NCBI GenBank assembly: GCA_018240685.1
Contig: JAFEFG010000004.1
Coordinates: 10,376-74,375 of the forward strand
Direction of reading: 5' to 3'
DNA length: 64,000 nt
Origin: Pseudomonadota bacterium
Lineage (GTDB): Bacteria > Pseudomonadota > Alphaproteobacteria > Reyranellales > Reyranellaceae
A program made the position numbers and the translations under genes. The notes under the pieces were generated by a model. The model saw nothing but the letters and a program-made list of their open reading frames with translations, had not been told where the DNA came from and did no database searches. Each line of letters starts with the position of its first letter. The stretch's first letter is position 1. Positions 1 through 8,450 of the stretch are shown piece by piece.

Positions 1-651
1 GGTGGCCCGGTCGCTCCCGTCGGTCGGCCGGTATGTCGTCCGGTAGCCGCCCAGCAGCAACCCGTCGGGCGTCGTCTTGAATGTCGGGACGAGCGTGGAG
101 ATGCCGCTCGGCGTCCTGACCTCGGTCCGGCGGATGACGAGGTCCTTGCCCAGCGCGATCGACATCGCGGTGTCGCCGGCCGCCGACGTGACGAGCCACT
201 GTCCCGGCTGCTCGGCCAGCTTGAACGCCGTCGACGGCGACGGCAGGGGCGAGTCGACGACGAACGTGCCGAAGGCGGCGAAGACGCCCTGCAGCACCTT
301 GTCGAGGCCGGCCGATACGTTCTGCAGCCCCTCGATCTCCCGGGCGTTCTCGGTGCCGAAGGCGCCGTGGGCGACCGTGAGATCGTGCCCTCCCTTCAAC
401 GACAGGGTGAAGCGGACCCGGTTCAGGGCCGCGACCCCGCGATCCGTGCCGGTCGGGTTCTGCTTCCGCTCTTCGGCGAAGATCGTGCCCCAGTCGGGCC
501 GGACCGAGCATTCGAGGCCGGTGAAGCCGCGCGACGCCAGGGAGTAATAGGCCTGCCGCGCCCGGGCGATCGTCTCGTCGCCGGTGTCGGCCCACGCCGG
601 TCCGCCGCACAGGGCAAGCGCGAGGACGGGAAGTACGCTCTTGTGGAACAT
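1..651 (-). CDS. Secreted hypothetical protein, 3' end runs off the window
   Basis: Manual translation from ATG at 651: MFHKSVLPVLALALCGGPAWADTGDETIARARQAYYSL..., open to position 1; signal peptide-like N-terminus (AWA cleavage site). Absent from the ORF track because it has no stop in the window. Confidence 0.7.
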   Translation of the reverse strand, partial: MFHKSVLPVLALALCGGPAWADTGDETIARARQAYYSLASRGFTGLECSVRPDWGTIFAEERKQNPTGTDRGVAALNRVRFTLSLKGGHDLTVAHGAFGTENAREIEGLQNVSAGLDKVLQGVFAAFGTFVVDSPLPSPSTAFKLAEQPGQWLVTSAAGDTAMSIALGKDLVIRRTEVRTPSGISTLVPTFKTTPDGLLLGGYRTTYRPTDGSDRAT

Positions 652-713
652 CGCAGGATCTCGAATGGCCGCCGACGGGCGCCGAGCTTATCCGGCCCCT
701 CGCCGCGGTGCCA

Positions 714-1832
714 TCACGCCCTCATCCGCTGGCCGCCGATGCGATGGGAGGCCAGCACCTCGGGCTTGAAGGCGACGCCGTGGCCCGGCCGCTCGGGCGG
801 GCGCATGGTGCCGTCCCGGGCCGGCAGGATCGGCTCGATCCAGAGATCGTCGTTCCAGTCCATGTATTCGAGGTAGCTGGCGTTGGGGATCGAGGCCAGC
901 AGGTGGACCATCTGCTCGTGGAACAGATGCGGCGCGAGGCGGATGCCCCACGGCTCGCCGGCGGCGGCGATCTTGCGCAGCTCGGTGTAGCCGCCGCGCA
1001 TCGGGTCGGGCTGCAGGATCGGCACGCACGGCGTCTCGAAGAAGGGTCTGAGGTCCTGGCGCGTGAAGTGGCTCTCGCCGCCCACGACGCGGGTCTTGAG
1101 CGCGGCGGCGATGCGGCGGTAGCCGGCGAAGTCCTCGGCGATCACCGGCTCCTCCAGCCAGTAGGGATCGTAGTCGTCGAGGCGGTGGCCGGCCTGGATC
1201 GCGGTGTCGGCGTCCCAGCCCATGTTGACGTCGATCATGATCTCGATGCCGTCGCCCATCGCCTCGCGCATCGCCTTCACGTTCAGCACGTCCTCGCGCC
1301 ACGGCCGGATGTGCGCCACCTGCATCTTGATGGCCTTGAGCCCCAGGGCGGTGAATTCCTGCGCCCGCGCGATCATGCCGTCGCGGCCGAGGCCGCGGAA
1401 GCAGCCCGAGCCGTAGGCCGGCACGCTTTCGCGCGAGGCACCCCAGAGCCGGAACAGCGGCAGGCCGGCATGCTTGCCGACCAGGTCCCACAGCGCCATG
1501 TCGACCGCGCTCTGGGCGAAGACGGTGACGCCCATGCGGCCGAGCCAGAAGTTGGCCTTGTAGAGCTGGGTCCAGATCGCCTCGATCTCGGTGGCGTCGC
1601 GGCCGATGACGTGCGGGGCGACCAGCTCCTTCATCGCCGCGTCGATCGTGTGCAGGCCGCCGCGCAGGGGCTGGAGGTAGCTCATGCCGGTGTGGCCGTC
1701 CGCGGTCTCGACCTCCAGCACGTAGATCTCGCGGAACGGGTCGGAGAGGATGCCCGCGGCCGGCGGCTTGCCGCGCCACGGCACCTGCAGCAGGGTCGAC
1801 CGCAGCTCGACGATGGTGGTGGGCTTGGTCAT
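714..1832 (-). CDS. Mandelate racemase/muconate lactonizing enzyme (enolase superfamily) protein
   Basis: Metal ligands DVN, EEP and GE; LQPD and APH motifs. Start taken at MTKPTT (GGAGAG upstream) rather than the ORF-track start at 2069. Confidence 0.9.
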   Translation of the reverse strand: MTKPTTIVELRSTLLQVPWRGKPPAAGILSDPFREIYVLEVETADGHTGMSYLQPLRGGLHTIDAAMKELVAPHVIGRDATEIEAIWTQLYKANFWLGRMGVTVFAQSAVDMALWDLVGKHAGLPLFRLWGASRESVPAYGSGCFRGLGRDGMIARAQEFTALGLKAIKMQVAHIRPWREDVLNVKAMREAMGDGIEIMIDVNMGWDADTAIQAGHRLDDYDPYWLEEPVIAEDFAGYRRIAAALKTRVVGGESHFTRQDLRPFFETPCVPILQPDPMRGGYTELRKIAAAGEPWGIRLAPHLFHEQMVHLLASIPNASYLEYMDWNDDLWIEPILPARDGTMRPPERPGHGVAFKPEVLASHRIGGQRMRA

Positions 1833-1936
1833 TGCGCTCTCCCCGGTCGCTCCTTCGGACGCCCGCACTATGGGGCGCCGCCGCCGCGCCTCCAATGGCC
1901 GTTCGGCCGCTGTGCAGAAGGGAATGGACGTCGCTG

Positions 1937-1952
1937 TGTGAAGTAGGTCACA
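1937..1952. promoter_or_regulatory. CRP-family binding site TGTGA-N6-TCACA
   Basis: tgtga-agtagg-tcaca is a perfect match to the CRP consensus. Centre at 1944.5. Confidence 0.8.
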
Positions 1953-1973
1953 TACAGCGTTTGCCGACTGTCC

Positions 1974-1979
1974 TATCGT
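1974..1979 (+). promoter_or_regulatory. -10 hexamer of a putative class II Crp-activated promoter
   Basis: TATCGT. With a TSS near 1986 this puts the CRP box centre at -41.5. Confidence 0.55.
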
Positions 1980-2037
1980 GACGGTGTCGCGCTGCGTTGC
2001 GTTCCTGCCTTTCGACGTGTCGAACAGGGAGACAACC

Positions 2038-3213
2038 ATGGACGCCATGCTCAGGGACGACGTGCTCACCCGCGAGATGCTGCAGGGCTTCGCGGGCCGC
2101 GTCGCGCACTACGATCGCGAAAACCGGTTCTTCAGGGAGGATTTCGACGAACTGGCGAGGTCCGGCTATCTCACCATGGCCGTGCCCGAGGAGCTGGGCG
2201 GCCGCGGCCTGACGCTGGCCGAAGTCTGTCGCCAGCAGCGCACGCTCGCCTACCACGCGCCGGCGACGGCGCTCGGCATCAACATGCACGTCTACTGGAC
2301 CGGCGTCGCCGCCGATCTCTGGCGTGCCGGCGACCGGTCGCTGGAGTGGATGCTGCGCGAGGCGATGGCGGGCGAGATCTTCGCCGCCGGCCATTCCGAG
2401 CGCGGCAACGATCTGCCGCTGCTGCTGTCGACCACCAAGGCCCAGCGCGTCGACGGCGGCTTCCGCTTCAGCGGACACAAGATGTTCGGCAGCCTGGCGC
2501 CGGTCTGGACGCGCTACGGCCTGCACGGGCTGTGGGCCGATGCCGAGGGCGGGCCGAAGATCGTGCACGCCTTCCTGTCGCGCGACAGCGCCGGCTACAA
2601 GATCGTCGACACCTGGGACACGATGGGCATGCGCGCCACGCGCAGCGACGACGTCGTGCTCGACGAGACCTTCATCCCCGACCGCTACGTCGCCCGCATC
2701 CTGCCGGCCGGCGGCGCCGATCCCTTCGTGCTCGCCATCTTCGCCTGGGCGGTGCTGGGCTTCGGCAACATCTATTGCGGCATCGCCCGCCGCGCGCTGG
2801 AGCTCGCCACCGAGGGCGTGAAGAAGAAGACGTCGGCCGCGGTCAGCCGGACGATGGCCTATCACCCCGAGGTCCAGCATGCCGTGGCGCAGATGGCGCT
2901 GGCCTTCGATCCGGTGGCGCCGCATCTCGACCAGGTGGCGCGCGACTGGAGCGACGGCGTCGATTACGGCCACGGCTGGCCGGCGAAGATCGTCTCCGCC
3001 AAGCATCACGCCGTCGAGGCGTGCTGGCGGATCGTCGACACCGCGATGGAGGTGTCCGGCGGCGCCGGCATGTTCCGCGGCAACGAGCTGGAGCGGCTGT
3101 TCCGCGACGCCCGCTGCGGCCGCTTCCATCCGGCCAACGCGATGCTGGTGCACGAGATCGTGGCCAAGACCCAGCTCGGCATCGACCTCGGCGAGCAGCC
3201 GCGCTGGGGCTGA
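2038..3213 (+). CDS. Acyl-CoA dehydrogenase-fold protein, likely flavin-dependent monooxygenase type (DszC/YdbM-like)
   Basis: ACAD motifs (VPEELGG, WDTMGMRATRS, LERLFRDAR); FHPAN where dehydrogenases have IYEGT; SD AGGGAG before ATG 2038. Confidence 0.85.
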   Translation: MDAMLRDDVLTREMLQGFAGRVAHYDRENRFFREDFDELARSGYLTMAVPEELGGRGLTLAEVCRQQRTLAYHAPATALGINMHVYWTGVAADLWRAGDRSLEWMLREAMAGEIFAAGHSERGNDLPLLLSTTKAQRVDGGFRFSGHKMFGSLAPVWTRYGLHGLWADAEGGPKIVHAFLSRDSAGYKIVDTWDTMGMRATRSDDVVLDETFIPDRYVARILPAGGADPFVLAIFAWAVLGFGNIYCGIARRALELATEGVKKKTSAAVSRTMAYHPEVQHAVAQMALAFDPVAPHLDQVARDWSDGVDYGHGWPAKIVSAKHHAVEACWRIVDTAMEVSGGAGMFRGNELERLFRDARCGRFHPANAMLVHEIVAKTQLGIDLGEQPRWG

Positions 3214-3247
3214 ACGCCCGGAAGGAGTCGCACCGGAGGGACCGCAC

Positions 3248-6200
3248 ATGGCAGCCGCCGACCAGGATGCCGGACGGGAAGCGCGGGAGGTCACGCGCGA
3301 GGACCTGCGGCGCTGGCTGTCCGCCAACGGCCTCGGCGGCCATGCCGCGAGCTTCGCCGCCAACGGGATCGACTGGGACGTCCTGGTCGATCTGACGGAG
3401 GCGGACCTCCGCGAGCTCGGCCTGTCGCTGGGCGACCGCAAGCGGCTCCTCAAGGCGATCCAGGCGCTCAAGGGCCAGCCGCTCAAAGACCAGGCGCCTG
3501 AGGGCACTCCTCCGGCGGCGCCCGCCGCCGGCAGCGGGATGCCACCGCCCCCGGCTCCGACTTCGGCTCCGACTCAGGCGCCGATCCCGGCGCTGGGGCC
3601 GAACCTGGCCGCCGAGCGGCGCTCCATCACCGTGATGTTCGTCGATCTCGTCGGCTCGACGCCGATGTCCGAGCAGCTCGATCCCGAGGACATGCGCGAG
3701 GTCCTGCGCGCCTTCCACGAGGGCTGCGCCGAGGCCATCGGCGCCGAGGACGGCCATATCGCCCGCTACATGGGCGACGGCATCCTCGTCTATTTCGGCT
3801 ATCCGCACGCGCACGAGGACGACGCCGTCCGCGCGGTGCGCGCCGGCCTCGGCATCATCGCCAGCCTGCGCGGCACCAACCGGACCCTGGCGGTGCAGTA
3901 CGGGGTGCGCCTGCAGGCGCGCATCGGCATCCATACCGGTCTCGTCGTGGTCGGCGATGTCGGCGCCGGCGCGGCGCGCGACCGCGAGGCGATCGTCGGC
4001 GAGACGCCCAACATCGCCGCGCGCCTGCAGGGAGAGGCCCAGCCCGATACCGTCGTCATCAGCGCCGCGACCCGGCGGCTGGTCGAGGGGCACTTCGTGT
4101 TCGAGGACGTCGGCTCGCGGGCGCTGAAGGGCGTGTCGTCCCTCATCCGCATCTTCCGCGTCGCCAGGCAGGCCGAATCGCCGGACCGCTTCGACGCCCG
4201 GGTCGATCGCGGCCTGACGCCGCTGGTCGGCCGCGGCGCCGAGCTCGAGATGCTGCGGCAGCGCTGGGAGCAGGCGCGCGAGGGGGAGATGCGCTGCGTG
4301 CTGCTGGTGGGCGAGGCGGGGATCGGCAAGTCGCGCCTGGTGCGCGCCTGCCGCGAGGCGCTGGCGGAGGAGCCGCACCAGGCCGTGAGCTGGCACTGCT
4401 CCTCCTATCACCGCAGCAGCGCCTTCTATCCGGTCATCGTCTGGCTGCTGCGCAGCCTCGGCATCAACCCGCAGCAGGAGGCGGACCTGTCGAAGCTGGA
4501 GGCGGCGGTCGACAGCCTCGGCATCGCCGACGCCGACGTGGTACCGACCGTGGCGTCGCTGCTGGGTCTGGCGGCCGAGCCCGCCGAGGAGACGTCGGGA
4601 CTGGCCTTCCGGCGGCGGGTGCTCGATGCGCTGTCCGCCACCATCGACGCCATGGCGCGCCGGCAGCCGCTGCTGATGGTGGTCGAGGACGCCCACTGGA
4701 TCGATCCCTCGACCCTCGACCTGCTGCGCGAGCTGCAGGAGCGGCTGACGGCGTCGCGGCTGCTGCTGCTGGTCACGGCGCGTCCGGAGTTCAAGCCGGG
4801 CTGGAGCTATCCGCAGCTCGTGCAGGTGAACCTCGACCGCCTGTCGCGCCGCGAACGCCACGCGATGATCGAGCAGCTCACGGCGGGCAAGGCGCTGCCC
4901 GACTTCGTCCTCGACCAGATCGTCCTGCGCACCGACGGCGTGCCGTTGTTCGTGGAGGAGCTGACTAAGACCGTGCTGGAGGAGAACGTCTGGCGCGACG
5001 CCGGCACCCACTACGAGCTCGAAGGGCCGTTCCAGGGCATCGCCATCCCGGACTCGCTGCAGGGCTCGCTGCTGGCGCGGCTGGACCGCCTCGATCCGTC
5101 GGCGAAGGAGATCGCCCAGATCGGCGCCGCCATCGGCCGCGAGTTCAACCGCGACCTGCTGCACATCGTGGCCCGGCAGGGCGACGAGAGCCTGGAGGCG
5201 GGCCTCGACCAGCTCGTGGCGGCGGAGATCGTGCGGCCGGTGTGGCTGCCGGCGGCCGGCGGCCGGTCCTTCGCCTTCCGCCACGCCCTGATCCAGGACG
5301 CCGCCTACCAGTCGCTGCTGCTGGCGCGCCGCCGCCAGTACCATGCCGCCATCGCGCGGGCCCTGCTGTCGGACTTCCCCGAGATCGCCGCGGCGCAGCC
5401 CGAGGTCGTGGCCCAGCATCTCACCACCGCCGACCAGGTCGATCCCGCGATCGACGCCTGGCTGCGCGCCGCCGAGAGCGCGATGGATCGCGGCGCCTAT
5501 GCCGAGGCCCAGGCGCACGTGTCGCGTGGCCTGGAGCTGATCAAGCGGCTGCCGGGCGAGGAGAAGGGGAGGGCGCGGCGCGCCGTGCCGTTCCTGCTGA
5601 CGCGCGGCCGGCTCGAGATCAAGGAGACGCGGACCCAGGCCCAGGTCACGTTCCACCAGGCCGCGACCATGGCGCGCGCGTGCGGGCTCGTGCGCGAATT
5701 CGCCTTCGCCGCCATCGGCATGTGCCAGGTCGAGCAGTTCGGCTACTCGCCAAGCCCGATGGCGAAGGAACTGATCCGCGAGGCGCTGGACAATCCGGCG
5801 CTCGACGACGCCAACCTGCGGTGCCGGCTGCAGTGCTGGATGGGGCGGGCGCTCTTCCTCAGCGGCGGCGACGTCCAGGGCTGCGCCACCTGCGTCGCCG
5901 AGGCGCGGGCGACCGCGGAACGGCTGGGCGACCGGCGCTGCCTGCACGACATCATGGCCACCGAGATGATGTACTACCCGACGCCCGTCGCGTCGGAGTT
6001 CGACCGCACGGCGCGCTTCGTCCGCGAGTTCTCCGAATCGGCGCGCCTGTTCGCCGATCCCTACGAGGCCATGTACTCGGCCGGCATCACCAGCGCGCGC
6101 TTCCTGGAGATCGGCGACATCGAGGGCTTCCACGAGACGCTGCGGCGCATCGCCGAACTCGCCCGCATGACCCAGGCGCCGGGCGACCGCTGGCTGCATC

Positions 6201-6946
6201 TGACGTTCCAGGCCCTGAGCGCCATGCTCGCCGGCGACTACGCCCTTGCCGAGAGGCGGGCGACGGAGGCCTACGCGGCCGTCACCGATGCGAGCCTGGG
6301 CCCGTATTCCGGCATCTACGGCATGCAGATGTTCGCGATCCGGCGCGACCAGGGCCGGCTCGCCGAGATCGCGCCGCTGGTGAAGCGGTTCGTGAACGAG
6401 AACCCGGACGAGGCGGTGTGGAAGCCGGGCCTGATGCTGATCGCCAGCGATGTCGGGTTCCATGTCCAGGCGCGGCAGCATTTCGAGGACTTCGCCGCGA
6501 CCGGCTTCGCCGTTCCCGAGGACGCCAAGCGCCAGATCACGCTGACCTACTTCGCCGAGGTCTGCGCCGCGCTCGGCGATGCGGCGCGCGCCGAGCGCCT
6601 GCACGAGCTTCTGCTGCCCTACCGGGACGTCACGGTCCTGGCGCCGCCCAACACGCTCTGCAACGGCGCCATGGCCCATTATCTCGGCCTGCTGTCCGCG
6701 ACGATGGCGGACTGGGAGACGGCGGAATCGCATTTCCAGGCCGCGCTCGCGCTCAACGAGCGGCTCGAGGCCTGGCCGCGCCTGGCCTGGACGCAGTTCG
6801 AGTACGCGCGGATGCTATTGGCACGGGGACGGAACGGCGATAGCGTACTCGCAGGTACTCTGCGCAAATCGGCCATGACAGCGGCCGAACGGATGGGCAT
6901 GGGGGCCCTTCTGCAGCGCAGCGCGACACTCGAGGGGCGGGCGTGA
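3248..6946 (+). CDS. SAM domain-class III nucleotide cyclase-STAND (AAA) ATPase-TPR-like protein
   Basis: N-terminal SAM (WLSANGL...LRELGLSLGDRKRLL); cyclase motifs VDLVGST, GDG and NIAARLQ; Walker A GEAGIGKS; Walker B VVEDAHW; helical repeat C-terminus; SD GGAGGG. Confidence 0.9.
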   Translation: MAAADQDAGREAREVTREDLRRWLSANGLGGHAASFAANGIDWDVLVDLTEADLRELGLSLGDRKRLLKAIQALKGQPLKDQAPEGTPPAAPAAGSGMPPPPAPTSAPTQAPIPALGPNLAAERRSITVMFVDLVGSTPMSEQLDPEDMREVLRAFHEGCAEAIGAEDGHIARYMGDGILVYFGYPHAHEDDAVRAVRAGLGIIASLRGTNRTLAVQYGVRLQARIGIHTGLVVVGDVGAGAARDREAIVGETPNIAARLQGEAQPDTVVISAATRRLVEGHFVFEDVGSRALKGVSSLIRIFRVARQAESPDRFDARVDRGLTPLVGRGAELEMLRQRWEQAREGEMRCVLLVGEAGIGKSRLVRACREALAEEPHQAVSWHCSSYHRSSAFYPVIVWLLRSLGINPQQEADLSKLEAAVDSLGIADADVVPTVASLLGLAAEPAEETSGLAFRRRVLDALSATIDAMARRQPLLMVVEDAHWIDPSTLDLLRELQERLTASRLLLLVTARPEFKPGWSYPQLVQVNLDRLSRRERHAMIEQLTAGKALPDFVLDQIVLRTDGVPLFVEELTKTVLEENVWRDAGTHYELEGPFQGIAIPDSLQGSLLARLDRLDPSAKEIAQIGAAIGREFNRDLLHIVARQGDESLEAGLDQLVAAEIVRPVWLPAAGGRSFAFRHALIQDAAYQSLLLARRRQYHAAIARALLSDFPEIAAAQPEVVAQHLTTADQVDPAIDAWLRAAESAMDRGAYAEAQAHVSRGLELIKRLPGEEKGRARRAVPFLLTRGRLEIKETRTQAQVTFHQAATMARACGLVREFAFAAIGMCQVEQFGYSPSPMAKELIREALDNPALDDANLRCRLQCWMGRALFLSGGDVQGCATCVAEARATAERLGDRRCLHDIMATEMMYYPTPVASEFDRTARFVREFSESARLFADPYEAMYSAGITSARFLEIGDIEGFHETLRRIAELARMTQAPGDRWLHLTFQALSAMLAGDYALAERRATEAYAAVTDASLGPYSGIYGMQMFAIRRDQGRLAEIAPLVKRFVNENPDEAVWKPGLMLIASDVGFHVQARQHFEDFAATGFAVPEDAKRQITLTYFAEVCAALGDAARAERLHELLLPYRDVTVLAPPNTLCNGAMAHYLGLLSATMADWETAESHFQAALALNERLEAWPRLAWTQFEYARMLLARGRNGDSVLAGTLRKSAMTAAERMGMGALLQRSATLEGRA
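3553..3588 (+). repeat. Three imperfect 12-bp tandem repeats in the Pro-rich linker of the cyclase
   Basis: ggctccgacttc / ggctccgactca / ggcgccgatccc, encoding APTS-APTQ-APIP. Confidence 0.6.
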
Positions 6947-6964
6947 ACCGCCCGGGAGGGACTC

Positions 6965-7225
6965 ATGCCGCGTTACATGATCGAGAGAAGATTCGCGGAG
7001 CAGGTGGAGGTGTCGAAGACCGACGCCGACAACATCCGGCGGATCAACGACGAGGAAGGCGTCAAGTGGCTGTTCTCCTTCCTCAGCGCCGACAAGCTGA
7101 AGACCTATTGTCTCTATGAGGCGCCGAACGCCGAGGCCATCCGTGCGGCCGCGCGGCGTGCCAACCTCCCGGCCGACATCGTCGTCGAGGTGGGCGGCGA
7201 GCTGCGGCCGGAAATGTTCGCCTGA
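6965..7225 (+). CDS. DUF4242 (SCO4226-like) protein
   Basis: MPRYMIER start, KTYCLYEAPNAEAIRAAARRANLPAD core; SD GGAGGG. Confidence 0.85.
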   Translation: MPRYMIERRFAEQVEVSKTDADNIRRINDEEGVKWLFSFLSADKLKTYCLYEAPNAEAIRAAARRANLPADIVVEVGGELRPEMFA

Positions 7226-7253
7226 GGGCTGCGCCTCGTCCCAGGCACGCGGC

Positions 7254-7940
7254 ATGACCCCCGAGCAGATGTTCCGGCAGCATCCGCTGTTCGGATCGCT
7301 CGATGCTGGCGACCGGCAGGATCTGCTCGAGCATGTGCGGCTGCGGTCGCTGGCGAGCGGCCAGGTCGTCTTCCGCGAGGGCGACGAGGCCGACGGCCTC
7401 TACGGCGTGCTGAGCGGCCGCATCGTCGTGACCGTCGATTCGCCCAACGGCAAGGAGCTGATCCTCAACACCTTCGGGCCGGGGTCGTTCTTCGGGGAGA
7501 TCGCCTTCCTCGACGGTCGCGGGCGGACGGCGACGGCCGTGGCCCGCGAGGCGTCGCGCCTGGTCTTCCTCGGCCGCGCGGCCTTCCTGCCGTTCCTGAG
7601 GGAGCGGCCGGCTGCTGCCATCCGCATGATCGCCTTCCTGTGCGAGCGGCTGCGGCGGACCACGCAGCTCGTGCAGGACTCGGCCTTTCTCGACGTGCCG
7701 ACGCGCCTGGCCAAGCAGATGGCGGTGATGGCCCAGGACTACGGCGAGCGCGGCGCCTCGGAGACGACGCTCACCATCGCCGTGTCGCAGGCCGAGCTCG
7801 CGCACATGCTGGGCGTTTCCCGCGAGGTCGTGAGCCGCCAGCTCGCGCTCTGGCGCCATGCGGGTGCGATCGACATCGGGCGCGGGCGCATCGTCGTGCA
7901 CGACGCCTCGTTTTTCGACCGCATCGTCGCGGGCGGCTGA
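7254..7940 (+). CDS. Crp/Fnr family regulator, CRP-like
   Basis: cNMP pocket FGEIAFLDGRGRTATA; HTH SQAELAHMLGVSREVVSR. Start taken at MTPEQ. Confidence 0.9.
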   Translation: MTPEQMFRQHPLFGSLDAGDRQDLLEHVRLRSLASGQVVFREGDEADGLYGVLSGRIVVTVDSPNGKELILNTFGPGSFFGEIAFLDGRGRTATAVAREASRLVFLGRAAFLPFLRERPAAAIRMIAFLCERLRRTTQLVQDSAFLDVPTRLAKQMAVMAQDYGERGASETTLTIAVSQAELAHMLGVSREVVSRQLALWRHAGAIDIGRGRIVVHDASFFDRIVAGG

Positions 7941-8006
7941 GGTAACATGGCCGCGGACCGCGACCGGGATCGGATGCCGGTCGGGGCGGGGAGAGTCGGG
8001 AGAGCG

Positions 8007-8411
8007 ATGAGGCGGATCTTCTTGTCGGCCGCGGCCGGCGTTGTCGTGTCGGTGTCGGGGGATGCCGTCTTCGCGCAGGACATGCCCTCGGGTTCCTACA
8101 GCTCGTGGTCGGAGGCGCAGAAGCAGCAGGCCGCGACCTTCCTCGGCGCGCATTGCCAGCAGGCGGAGCAATGCGGCGGCTACATCGCCGCCGCCCGCAC
8201 CGGCCTCGCGCGCGCCTCCTACGAGGCCGCGGCCTGCATCGCGGCCTGCTTCGCGAGCAACCTGCCGGCCGACTATCCCGAGCTCGACGAGATCAGGAAG
8301 GTGGCGCACACCAACGCCGAGCAGGCGAAGAAGCTCGGCTCCTCCTACGAACCGCGCTTCGCGCCGGACGTCCCGGCCCCGCCGCCGCCCGCCGCGGCCC
8401 CGTCGAAATAG
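8007..8411 (+). CDS. Small secreted hypothetical protein with 4 Cys
   Basis: Signal peptide MRRIFLSAAAGVVVSVSGDAVFA; Cys spacing CX5C...CX3C; Pro-rich tail. Alternative start at 7947. Confidence 0.65.
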   Translation: MRRIFLSAAAGVVVSVSGDAVFAQDMPSGSYSSWSEAQKQQAATFLGAHCQQAEQCGGYIAAARTGLARASYEAAACIAACFASNLPADYPELDEIRKVAHTNAEQAKKLGSSYEPRFAPDVPAPPPPAAAPSK

Positions 8412-8450
8412 CGCCGGCTCGCCGCCCTATCTTTATCGACGGCGGTCACT

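Noticed and set aside
77-876. Plus-strand ORFs 77-547 and 367-876
   Set aside because: The coding frame is the minus-strand protein from 651, which has a signal peptide and normal composition.
2843-6733. 1296-aa minus-strand ORF
   Set aside because: Antisense shadow of the cyclase gene; no motifs, Arg/Gly/Ala-rich as expected from GC-biased codons.
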